Source: a virus. From it: a DNA stretch of 37,378 nt. Location: IMG/VR virus record IMGVR_UViG_3300010234_000030, positions 1 through 37,378 of that record; one strand, written 5' to 3'. Under the pieces are notes generated by a model. It ran no database searches. It was given only the letters and a program-made list of their open reading frames with translations, and was not told the origin of the DNA. Both the position numbers and the translations under genes were made by a program. Shown in pieces: positions 23,641 to 30,182 of the stretch (position 1 is its first letter; each line of letters begins with the position of its first letter).

Positions 23641-23739
23641 TTATAGTTTAAATAGTTTGTTCAATTTAGACAACACATAGAATAGGATTAGTATTGCTAT
23701 CCATTTTATTATGTTTATCTTTATTGAGTTGTGGTTCAT
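23641..23739 (-). CDS. Micro-ORF, 32 aa with one TM-like segment (not in ORF track)
   Basis: The ATG at 23739 lies 2 nt after the upstream stop (MNHNSIKINIIKWIAILILFYVLSKLNKLFKL). The next start follows 4 nt later. Confidence 0.3.
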   Translation of the reverse strand: MNHNSIKINIIKWIAILILFYVLSKLNKLFKL

Positions 23740-23741
23740 TT

Positions 23742-23954
23742 TTATCTTTTATGTTTTTCGCGGGTATTGACAATAAACCTATTGCAAATAGGCGCTTCAA
23801 TACGATTATAGTATGCCTCTAAAATACATTTTTTAGCTATTTCTGTTAAATTATCTTGAAAAGATATTATATTCATTAGTTTTTCCGCCTCTGTTTTGCT
23901 TCCATTTATTTTATTCAACAACCATCTAGGACTGTATTCCTCTATTTCTTTCAT
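23742..23954 (-). CDS. Hypothetical protein
   Basis: 70-aa ORF. Hairpin-motif copy 2 lies 30-55 nt upstream. Confidence 0.5.
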   Translation of the reverse strand: MKEIEEYSPRWLLNKINGSKTEAEKLMNIISFQDNLTEIAKKCILEAYYNRIEAPICNRFIVNTREKHKR

Positions 23955-23983
23955 TTTATTTGTGTTTTAATTAATAACATTGT

Positions 23984-24008
23984 TTATGTAGCATTAAAAC
24001 GACTACAT
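23984..24008 (-). promoter_or_regulatory. Conserved-loop hairpin motif, copy 2
   Basis: On the + strand, TATGTAG (23984-23990) is followed by the loop CATTAAAACGA and then CTACATA (24002-24008). The - sense reads TATGTAG-TCGTTTTAATG-CTACATA. It lies between stop 24024 and start 23954. Confidence 0.55.
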
Positions 24009-24023
24009 ACACGGGTGTTGTAG

Positions 24024-24368
24024 TTAATTTCCAAAAGTCAGTATATTTTGGTAGTGTCTATAAAGGTTTCGCTTCTCAAAGTAACCGCATCCTTTTTTAT
24101 AAAGTTTTGGTGTTTTGGTTTCTGTATATCCACCATCTAATAACCAATTTTGAAATTCAGTGCTATCTATTTTTGGCAACATATCCACAACAACAACGGG
24201 TGCAGTTAATTTTTCAACTACTTTGGTTATAGCATTTAATGAATCTATCCACCCAAAAGCATACTCTGGAGTTCTATCTTTTAATTGTTCTTCTGTTGGT
24301 TCTACTGCTCTAATTTTCTTTATTAATTCTTCCATTTCCTTTATCTGTTTTAAATCGTTAAAAATCAC
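24024..24368 (-). CDS. Hypothetical protein
   Basis: 114-aa ORF with no motif recognised. Confidence 0.55.
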   Translation of the reverse strand: MIFNDLKQIKEMEELIKKIRAVEPTEEQLKDRTPEYAFGWIDSLNAITKVVEKLTAPVVVVDMLPKIDSTEFQNWLLDGGYTETKTPKLYKKGCGYFEKRNLYRHYQNILTFGN

Positions 24369-24403
24369 ATTGTTTACAAGGGTCTTTATATCATTTGTTT
24401 AAA

Positions 24404-24446
24404 AAAGAGCATCTACGGTAAACTACTCCATCAAGCAATGCTCTTT
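24404..24446 (-). terminator. Weak hairpin, possible terminator
   Basis: AAAGAGCAT (24404-24412) pairs with ATGCTCTTT (24438-24446) across a large 25-nt loop. On the - strand it is followed by TTTTTT. Confidence 0.25.
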
Positions 24447-24465
24447 ACCCAAAACAAATGAAAAA

Positions 24466-24603
24466 CTACTTACTTTTTTTTATTCCATCTAGATCTTTTT
24501 TAGCTTCCTGTCTTAAAAATTCTTCTAATGCAAATTGAATAGCAGCCTGCGTACAACCATAGTAATATGCTTTTCTTTTTAGTATTTCCTGAAAACTTTC
24601 CAT
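24466..24603 (-). CDS. Hypothetical small protein (45 aa, not in ORF track)
   Basis: Runs from ATG 24603 to TAG 24468-24466 (MESFQEILKRKAYYYGCTQAAIQFALEEFLRQEAKKDLDGIKKSK). Confidence 0.35.
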   Translation of the reverse strand: MESFQEILKRKAYYYGCTQAAIQFALEEFLRQEAKKDLDGIKKSK

Positions 24604-24625
24604 AACACTAATTTTTAAAAATTAA

Positions 24626-24862
24626 TCACATAGTTTGTATTGCCTGTTCTGCTGTTGATTGAGCTATGTCACTGACGCAACTTCCACAAATTTCAGCGTG
24701 ATTTTTACCGCAGGATAAACAGTTAACAATATGTGATTGACCTTGCTTTAGGTATTCCACATAAGCTTCTGCAAATCCAAATATGTGTATCGAACTGCTG
24801 TTTTGGAAATTTTTAGGGGGTTTTTCTCCATATAAGTATTCGTAAAACTCACTTGCTTTCAT
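24626..24862 (-). CDS. Hypothetical protein with CxxC...CxxC zinc-ribbon-like motif
   Basis: 78 aa, containing NCLSCGKNHAEICGSCV. Confidence 0.5.
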   Translation of the reverse strand: MKASEFYEYLYGEKPPKNFQNSSSIHIFGFAEAYVEYLKQGQSHIVNCLSCGKNHAEICGSCVSDIAQSTAEQAIQTM

Positions 24863-24866
24863 AATC

Positions 24867-25394
24867 CTACTTTTTAAAGTTTAATCTCTTTAACTTGTAC
24901 CCATCCACCATTAAAAGAACGTTAATTCCTCTTTGTATGTAGCTGTATGTGTTCTCGTCAGTTATGCCTTTCAATAACAACTTTCCTTCAATTGTAAACA
25001 CGTGGTATGGTATTCCGATAGGTATGCTTTTTATGTTTAACTCCAAGGGATCGTTTGTCGATAGTGTGGAGTCACACTCTACAGGCATATATAATTCTGT
25101 CCATTGTTGGTTTCCTTCAAATGTAACGTTGCAACCGTAAGAGTCGTTTATGATTAAAACTGGTTGGTTGTTTCCTGATCCGTTTGATTGTGTAGATATG
25201 TTCCCTGTTCCGTAAACCCTATCAACTGATAGACTGGATGCGTTTTTTAATACGACATCATAGCCGTTTAGATTGAGTTCTGATATCTCTTGATGTTCTC
25301 CTGGTTGTATTGTCCAGTGTTGAGATAGTGTTACTGTTTGTGCGCTTGTTATTAAAGTAAATAACATTAATGCGATTTGTGTAATTGTTTTCAT
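24867..25394 (-). CDS. Secreted protein with signal peptide and possible T9SS C-terminal sorting domain
   Basis: The N-terminus (MKTITQIALMLFTLITSAQT) is a signal peptide. The C-terminal ~60 aa (IPYHVFTIEGKLLLKGITDENTYSYIQRGINVLLMVDGYKLKRLNFKK) resemble a Por-secretion tail (Y.V....G..V ... G.Y.L.V ... K.KK). Confidence 0.45.
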   Translation of the reverse strand: MKTITQIALMLFTLITSAQTVTLSQHWTIQPGEHQEISELNLNGYDVVLKNASSLSVDRVYGTGNISTQSNGSGNNQPVLIINDSYGCNVTFEGNQQWTELYMPVECDSTLSTNDPLELNIKSIPIGIPYHVFTIEGKLLLKGITDENTYSYIQRGINVLLMVDGYKLKRLNFKK

Positions 25395-25421
25395 AATTTA
25401 TTTGTTTTAGTTAATATTTTT

Positions 25422-25646
25422 CTACCTTCTTTCGCAAGTAATATGATCCGAATAATACATTTTTGTTTTTTCATATCCTTTCGGCACACTTACAAGCTCT
25501 ATTATTTCACATTCTAGACGACTTATGCCACAATCCCAAGCCCCACACACTTCATAACCCTTATCATCAAACTTAGCCACCATTAACAACTCGCCATTTG
25601 ACAACACCCATAAATGTTGCCCTATTTTTATATCTTTAAATTTCAT
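25422..25646 (-). CDS. Hypothetical protein
   Basis: 74-aa ORF that overlaps the upstream gene by 4 nt. Confidence 0.5.
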   Translation of the reverse strand: MKFKDIKIGQHLWVLSNGELLMVAKFDDKGYEVCGAWDCGISRLECEIIELVSVPKGYEKTKMYYSDHITCERR

Positions 25647-25930
25647 AATTGTTTTTGTTTTAAGGTTTGTTTTTTAAGTTCGTAAAGTTTATCTAAATCA
25701 CTCATCATTTTAATAAGTGGTTTATTGTTGTTGGGTTCTGGAATGTACACAGGTCTTTTAAAAACCTTTGCGTGCATAGCGTATATCTTTTGTTTGGATT
25801 CATCACTAAGATTGTTACTTCTTATTTCTGAATAATCTTCAAACTCCTTTTTTGTCAAACACCTTGGTTTGATCTTGGAAGTAAACTCTTGTGTTATCTT
25901 CTCTTTGCATCCGCATCCTTTCTTTGCCAT
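25643..25930 (-). CDS. Hypothetical protein (start at ATG 25930; track GTG 25972)
   Basis: 95 aa from MAKKGCGCKEK. The GTG extension would run into the terminator hairpin at 25963-25998. Confidence 0.5.
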   Translation of the reverse strand: MAKKGCGCKEKITQEFTSKIKPRCLTKKEFEDYSEIRSNNLSDESKQKIYAMHAKVFKRPVYIPEPNNNKPLIKMMSDLDKLYELKKQTLKQKQL

Positions 25931-25962
25931 AGCTTTAAATTTTTTTGTTAAACGAAGATAAT

Positions 25963-25998
25963 AAAAAAGCACAACATATACAACATATTGTGCTTTTT
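25963..25998 (-). terminator. Rho-independent terminator (- strand) after the lipoprotein gene
   Basis: An 11-bp stem, AAAAAGCACAA (25964-25974) with TTGTGCTTTTT (25988-25998), encloses a 13-nt loop. On the - strand it is followed by TTTTTT. Confidence 0.65.
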
Positions 25999-26024
25999 AT
26001 TTTGATAAAATACTTATTTTCTTT

Positions 26025-26744
26025 TTATACGCATCCAATGTTGGGGTCGATTTCAGGCTCTCCCCACGTACCATCTGGATTTACATAACTTATCCATCCG
26101 CACCCTGCTTCGTGCCATATTAAATTACCATCCATATCTAAAGTGTATTCAACTTTTCCGCTAGCGTTGTTTAATATATTGTTGTCGCACCATTCGTTAG
26201 CCTCTATTTCGCTTTCGAACGGAGGATATACCACTCCATAATACTTTAAATAGTGTGTGTTGCCACAACGATAAACACCGTTACCCTGCGAGTTAACGCA
26301 ATCTTGCACCTCTTCGCATCCTTGGTTTCCTATTCCTCCTCCTGTATCATTAGGAGCTAATACTTTACTGCCTCCAACAGTGTCAGCACCAATTGACAAG
26401 CACCCAATTGCAACAGCTAAAGGAATAGCGGAATAGTTAAAATTAGCATTTATTTGATCTGTATAATATACTTCACCATTCTCATCAGCTATAGTTATAG
26501 TAACAGAACCATTTAAATGAATGTTTACATTATATGTATGACCATCCGAATCAGTAGTACTACAAGGTTCAACATTTAATAAAGGATCAACTTGTATCAT
26601 TTCGGTATTTGACATATTAATTTTAAGTTGATCTATTTTTTCTTGTCGTAAATCTTTTTCTGCATTAATATCTTCTACTTCACAAGAAGTAAATCCAATA
26701 AATGCAATAAGAAGCAATGCGGTTAGTGTTTTAAATTGTTTCAT
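26025..26744 (-). CDS. Cys-rich lipoprotein with acidic post-Cys segment (candidate surface-exposed lipoprotein)
   Basis: The start is ATG 26744: MKQFKTLTALLLIAFIGFTSC|EVEDINAEKD (signal peptide plus lipobox Cys). The mature protein has 11 further Cys residues. A terminator lies directly downstream. Confidence 0.65.
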   Translation of the reverse strand: MKQFKTLTALLLIAFIGFTSCEVEDINAEKDLRQEKIDQLKINMSNTEMIQVDPLLNVEPCSTTDSDGHTYNVNIHLNGSVTITIADENGEVYYTDQINANFNYSAIPLAVAIGCLSIGADTVGGSKVLAPNDTGGGIGNQGCEEVQDCVNSQGNGVYRCGNTHYLKYYGVVYPPFESEIEANEWCDNNILNNASGKVEYTLDMDGNLIWHEAGCGWISYVNPDGTWGEPEIDPNIGCV

Positions 26745-26882
26745 AAAAATTGCGTTGGTCGCCACCGTTTTTAATTTACTCCTACTCTATTAAATGGTTT
26801 TCGGATTACCCACGTTTATTTTTGATCTAATTGATTATTTTGTTTAATGACTAATACCTTGTTTTTTTCATAATTTTAATAT

Positions 26883-27065
26883 TTAAAAAATGCTGTTTAG
26901 AATTTTAGCAGAATCAATAAAATCTTTTGCAGGCATTTCAGTTTTTACTTGTACTATAAATCCATTAACCTTTTCAATTTTTATAGTATACTCTGCAAAT
27001 TCATAATCAAGTCCTTCTTTTTTTCTTGTAAAAACTTTTCGTAATTCTTGCAGGATTCGTGCGCT
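26883..27065 (-). CDS. -1 frame open region downstream of an A AAA AAG heptamer (proposed extension of the 26981..27136 ORF)
   Basis: This frame is open for 61 codons stop-to-stop (...RKKEGLDYEFAEYTIKIEKVNGFIVQVKTEMPAKDFIDSAKILNSIF*). Its only ATG sits 17 codons from the end. Confidence 0.35.
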   Translation of the reverse strand, partial: SARILQELRKVFTRKKEGLDYEFAEYTIKIEKVNGFIVQVKTEMPAKDFIDSAKILNSIF

Positions 27066-27136
27066 TCATAAGTCTTATAGTATTTATGATTTGCTTTGTC
27101 TTTTTTGTAGCTATCGTAAGTTTTTGGCTTATTCAT
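26981..27136 (-). CDS. Hypothetical small protein (51 aa in the 0 frame, not in ORF track)
   Basis: From ATG 27136: MNKPKTYDSYKKDKANHKYYKTYEAHESCKNYEKFLQEKKKDLIMNLQSIL*. It contains GAA AAA AAG, the - sense of the + strand T7 at 27018-27024. Confidence 0.4.
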   Translation of the reverse strand: MNKPKTYDSYKKDKANHKYYKTYEAHESCKNYEKFLQEKKKDLIMNLQSIL

Positions 27137-27161
27137 TTTTTCATAATTTTAGTGTTTATTT

Positions 27162-27173
27162 TAACATAGTATA
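27162..27173 (-). repeat. 12-mer TATACTATGTTA (sense), exact copy 1 of 3
   Basis: The + strand TAACATAGTATA lies 26 nt upstream of ATG 27136 and overlaps the 3' arm of hairpin copy 3. Confidence 0.8.
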
Positions 27174-27198
27174 TATCGCATTAAAACGACGATATATA
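27170..27198 (-). promoter_or_regulatory. Conserved-loop hairpin motif, copy 3
   Basis: On the + strand, TATATATCG (27170-27178) is followed by the loop CATTAAAACGA and then CGATATATA (27190-27198). The loop is identical to copy 2. The stem differs from copy 2 at two base pairs, both compensated. Confidence 0.6.
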
Positions 27199-27209
27199 CG
27201 GACGTTAGA

Positions 27210-27225
27210 GTGCATTAAAACGCAC
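27210..27225 (-). promoter_or_regulatory. Conserved-loop hairpin motif, copy 4 (short stem)
   Basis: The + strand reads GTGC-ATTAAAAC-GCAC. It lies 12 nt from copy 3 and shares the same CGTTTTAATG sense core. Confidence 0.4.
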
Positions 27226-27251
27226 AATAACATTGTATAACAAAAATTAAA

Positions 27252-27407
27252 TTATTGCTGTAGTTCAATAACAAAATATTTGTAAACATTAACCTTTATT
27301 CTTAATCTATTTCTTTGCTCATCACTTGTTTTGGGGTCATCAATCATTTTGTTAGCTGTTCTTATTCTTCTTAAATAAGTTTCTTTAAGTTCTTCTAATC
27401 TATCCAT
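27252..27407 (-). CDS. Hypothetical small protein (51 aa, not in ORF track)
   Basis: Runs from ATG 27407 to TAA 27254-27252 (MDRLEELKETYLRRIRTANKMIDDPKTSDEQRNRLRIKVNVYKYFVIELQQ). Confidence 0.4.
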   Translation of the reverse strand: MDRLEELKETYLRRIRTANKMIDDPKTSDEQRNRLRIKVNVYKYFVIELQQ

Positions 27408-27432
27408 AATTTAAAATTTGTTATACTTAGCG

Positions 27433-27600
27433 TTAACTATTAAGTCCCTTTCTCCAAGCCTCAAACAACAACATAAGATTTCTAATGTCTTTTTGATACT
27501 TCTTTGGCACTTTCTCTTTTCTTACGGAGTTATCAGAACCGCTAATCTCTTCGCTTAGTAAGTTCCATTTAAAAAAATCCTTTGGCTCTCTTTTTGACAT
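27433..27600 (-). CDS. Hypothetical small protein (55 aa, not in ORF track)
   Basis: Runs from ATG 27600 to TAA 27435-27433 (MSKREPKDFFKWNLLSEEISGSDNSVRKEKVPKKYQKDIRNLMLLFEAWRKGLNS). Confidence 0.4.
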   Translation of the reverse strand: MSKREPKDFFKWNLLSEEISGSDNSVRKEKVPKKYQKDIRNLMLLFEAWRKGLNS

Positions 27601-27612
27601 ATTCTATTTTTA

Positions 27613-27807
27613 TTACTGTTTTGTTGATTCTTCTATCATTGTTTTAAGTATCTTATGAAATCCTTCATTACATACATTTCTCTGTTCTTGCCATTCAATG
27701 AACAATTGTGACAACTCATAATCATTAACATCCAATATTGCTGTTTGCAGTTTAATTTCTAATTCAGTTAATTTCCCAACATCTGTATTATGTTCTTCTT
27801 GTGTCAT
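27613..27807 (-). CDS. Hypothetical protein
   Basis: 64-aa acidic helical ORF whose start overlaps the upstream stop as ATGA. Confidence 0.5.
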   Translation of the reverse strand: MTQEEHNTDVGKLTELEIKLQTAILDVNDYELSQLFIEWQEQRNVCNEGFHKILKTMIEESTKQ

Positions 27808-27956
27808 AGTCCTAAAAGTTTAAAGTTTATTCTTGCAGATTGCTTTGCTTTTTCAACACTTCCAAATAAAATAATACCTACACAGCTACTGCAATTTTTT
27901 TGATTTGGATATACTTTACACCCACATTTATTACATTTTTTTTTAGTTTTCTCCAT
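27804..27956 (-). CDS. Small zinc-ribbon-like protein (50 aa, not in ORF track)
   Basis: From ATG 27956: MEKTKKKCNKCGCKVYPNQKNCSSCVGIILFGSVEKAKQSARINFKLLGL. It has CxxC ... CxxC, and its stop overlaps the next ATG. Confidence 0.4.
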   Translation of the reverse strand: MEKTKKKCNKCGCKVYPNQKNCSSCVGIILFGSVEKAKQSARINFKLLGL

Positions 27957-27964
27957 AACTACTT

Positions 27965-28135
27965 TTATTTTGTTGATTCATATTTGCGGAAAGATTTTAC
28001 TGTGTTTAAATGAACTTTCCCGTAAGCCTTTCCATTTAATAAAACCAATGAAGGAATACTAGAATGTGCGCAAACATCAAAAGTGACTATTTCGCCTTTT
28101 TTATCTAATTCTTTTAATTCATTAACTTTTATCAT
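27965..28135 (-). CDS. Hypothetical small protein (56 aa, not in ORF track)
   Basis: Runs from ATG 28135 to TAA 27967-27965 (MIKVNELKELDKKGEIVTFDVCAHSSIPSLVLLNGKAYGKVHLNTVKSFRKYESTK). Confidence 0.4.
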   Translation of the reverse strand: MIKVNELKELDKKGEIVTFDVCAHSSIPSLVLLNGKAYGKVHLNTVKSFRKYESTK

Positions 28136-28143
28136 AACTACTG

Positions 28144-28425
28144 TTAAAGTGATTTAAACTCATTAATAGATTTCTCTTTTTGGTTTTTTACTTCTCGAGT
28201 AATAAAATCAATAAAAGTATTACTTAAATTGAATGGTAATGCGATTTGCTCTCTTCCATTATCTAAATCATCAACATCAATTATTAATCTTGGTGTACGG
28301 TTATAAACTTGTGGATTTTTACCTTCGTGATCTGTGTATGTGTATTCAAAGCAATTTAAAGCTTCGTCACACTCTTTAATTTTTTTATCTAAAGCGTTTG
28401 CTCTTTTTAAAGTCTCTTTATTCAT
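28144..28425 (-). CDS. Hypothetical protein
   Basis: 93-aa ORF downstream of a canonical promoter-like element. Confidence 0.55.
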   Translation of the reverse strand: MNKETLKRANALDKKIKECDEALNCFEYTYTDHEGKNPQVYNRTPRLIIDVDDLDNGREQIALPFNLSNTFIDFITREVKNQKEKSINEFKSL

Positions 28426-28504
28426 AATTATTGATTTTTGTTTCGTTCATTTAATCCCGTTTGCGGTTCTTGGTATTTCGAATTAGTTTTGTTAACTATC
28501 AATG

Positions 28505-28536
28505 CAAATATACATCATTCTGTAACAATAAACAAA
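28505..28536 (-). promoter_or_regulatory. Bacteroidota-type promoter (- strand): TTTG-N20-TATATTTG
   Basis: The + strand CAAATATA (28505-28512) is the -7 box TAnnTTTG and CAAA (28533-28536) is the -33 TTTG, with a 20-nt spacer. The element lies about 80 nt upstream of ATG 28425. Confidence 0.5.
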
Positions 28537-28558
28537 CATATTTACATTATTTATTCCA

Positions 28559-28570
28559 TAACATAGTATA
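28559..28570 (-). repeat. 12-mer TATACTATGTTA (sense), exact copy 2 of 3
   Basis: The + strand TAACATAGTATA lies 13 nt downstream of stop 28583, in the 28426-28582 intergenic region. Confidence 0.8.
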
Positions 28571-28582
28571 TAAAACATACTC

Positions 28583-28756
28583 TCACTTACGTTTGTCTAA
28601 GTGATTAGCAGCTTCTATTCTATCCATATTTTTATATACCATACAATAAAGTTGAGGTATTGTAATCCAAATGTAAACCCATTTAGATGTGTATTTCTCG
28701 TAAATATTTAATAAAAATATTAATGGTATTCCTATAATAAATCTTATGTGCTTCAT
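28583..28756 (-). CDS. Small membrane protein (57 aa, not in ORF track)
   Basis: From ATG 28756: MKHIRFIIGIPLIFLLNIYEKYTSKWVYIWITIPQLYCMVYKNMDRIEAANHLDKRK. It has two hydrophobic segments. Confidence 0.4.
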   Translation of the reverse strand: MKHIRFIIGIPLIFLLNIYEKYTSKWVYIWITIPQLYCMVYKNMDRIEAANHLDKRK

Positions 28757-28789
28757 AATTCATTCGTTTTACGTTTCATATATTTTACG

Positions 28790-29284
28790 TTACCCTTTCT
28801 CAATTTGCAATATCTTGTTAACTTTTGATCCTACCCATCTTATTACTTGATCTTCTGTTACTTCTGTGGTTAACGCTTCTGTTAATTCCTTTCCATATTT
28901 TTCAACAAGTTCTTTATTTTGAATAGAAGGATATTTCTTTTCTCCGATATTGTTGAACTTGTATAGCGGTATCTTTTCCTTTAGCTTCATACATAGCTCG
29001 TAAACAGTATATTCTAAAGTCGTACTTATAGCTTCTAATGCTGTTTCGGAAGTGTACATATTACAATCCATTTTAATCATAAAGCTTTCTAAAAACAGCT
29101 TTGCTAGGCTTTCATTGTCATACAGGCTTTTAGACTCTTGTTTCTTCTTGTATTGCACGATGGCGTTAAATGCTTTTATGTCGTTTCCTGTAGGTTTAAA
29201 TGATTTCTTTAACCTTTTTTTGCCGTTTCCATCATCTTCTGTTAACTTAAATTCAAAGTGACTTAGTGCTTTATCAATGTTCAT
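28790..29284 (-). CDS. Hypothetical protein (replication-module neighbour)
   Basis: 164-aa ORF that overlaps the ATPase gene by 4 nt. Confidence 0.55.
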   Translation of the reverse strand: MNIDKALSHFEFKLTEDDGNGKKRLKKSFKPTGNDIKAFNAIVQYKKKQESKSLYDNESLAKLFLESFMIKMDCNMYTSETALEAISTTLEYTVYELCMKLKEKIPLYKFNNIGEKKYPSIQNKELVEKYGKELTEALTTEVTEDQVIRWVGSKVNKILQIEKG

Positions 29285-30162
29285 ATGTTTGGTCTTTGTT
29301 TATTTTCTTCTTCTGTTGGGTCATCACTAATATAAGGCAACCAATCGTTATCTATCCTAATGCAAAAAGACTTGAATTTTATATCACCCCTTGAGTCTTT
29401 ACATTTAACAACACTATATTCACCCATATTTTTAACAATAACAACATTTTCAGACTTCTGTTGCAATATTGTTCCTGAATGCCCACGTGACTTATCAGAA
29501 CCAGGATTTAAATGAAGTATTCCGCATATATGACAATTAGCTATGGAAGTATATTTTAAAAGCAAATCAACAAATTCGTTTGACTCTTCCAGATTATTGA
29601 AGTCTTTTATAAAATCAACATATCCATCTAAAAAAACAAATGCAATTTTATCTTTTATAGGGCTTTCCATAAATAACCATTTTAACAATGCTAATCTTTG
29701 ATCTTTAGAATACTCACGCCACATTAAAGACTTGTAATTGTCAGGGTATTGTGGTTGTTCTGGTGTGCCAACCATTTGAGGTATTCTAATACCATTCAAC
29801 CAGACATCGTATTTAGACTGCTCCCCATCGATACTGATAACATATTCATCTTTAGGTATTTTTGATTTTATCAAATCGTTGTTGTAGTTATTTGAATTAC
29901 CACCGATTGAAGAAGCTTCTATCAAAGATTTTACATAGGATTTACGGCTTTTCTCTTCACCTGTAATAAGGGATATATTCCCTCTAGAGGCAAATTTAAC
30001 AGGATAACAAACACCATTTTTAGGTCTTTCATTTAGACCTATACTGATTAATACAGGGGGTCTATTTACTTTTTCTCTAAGATTTACATTAGATTCTTTA
30101 AACATCATTTGTAAATCATCATCTTTTATTAATTCAGAATCATCTATTTGTATTTCGTCCAT
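29281..30162 (-). CDS. RecA-superfamily ATPase (DnaB/RepA/AAA_25-like), putative replicative helicase
   Basis: The start is at ATG 30162 (MDEIQIDD...). It has a degenerate Walker A motif (ITGEEKSRKS), a Walker B-like motif (IAFVFLDGYVDF), and LHLNPGSDKSRGHSGTILQQKSE. The track start at 30222 adds a hydrophobic extension. Confidence 0.4.
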   Translation of the reverse strand: MDEIQIDDSELIKDDDLQMMFKESNVNLREKVNRPPVLISIGLNERPKNGVCYPVKFASRGNISLITGEEKSRKSYVKSLIEASSIGGNSNNYNNDLIKSKIPKDEYVISIDGEQSKYDVWLNGIRIPQMVGTPEQPQYPDNYKSLMWREYSKDQRLALLKWLFMESPIKDKIAFVFLDGYVDFIKDFNNLEESNEFVDLLLKYTSIANCHICGILHLNPGSDKSRGHSGTILQQKSENVVIVKNMGEYSVVKCKDSRGDIKFKSFCIRIDNDWLPYISDDPTEEENKQRPNI

Positions 30163-30182
30163 TTGTTTTGGTTTTAAAAAGT

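Noticed and set aside
5389-24402. Numerous + strand ORFs of 60-160 aa inside the structural and packaging genes (for example 5389..5673, 6005..6322, 10767..11048, 14612..15094, 16949..17182, 19539..19853, 22204..22509, 24160..24402)
   Set aside because: All are antisense to longer - strand genes that have recognisable motifs or operon coupling. Their compositions are typical of reverse-frame translation of AT-rich coding DNA.
26766-26780. CGTTTTTAAT on the + strand (about 26768-26777) as a further copy of the hairpin motif
   Set aside because: Its orientation is opposite to the sense of the surrounding - strand genes, it has no flanking complementary arms, and it has an extra T. It is probably a chance match in AT-rich DNA.
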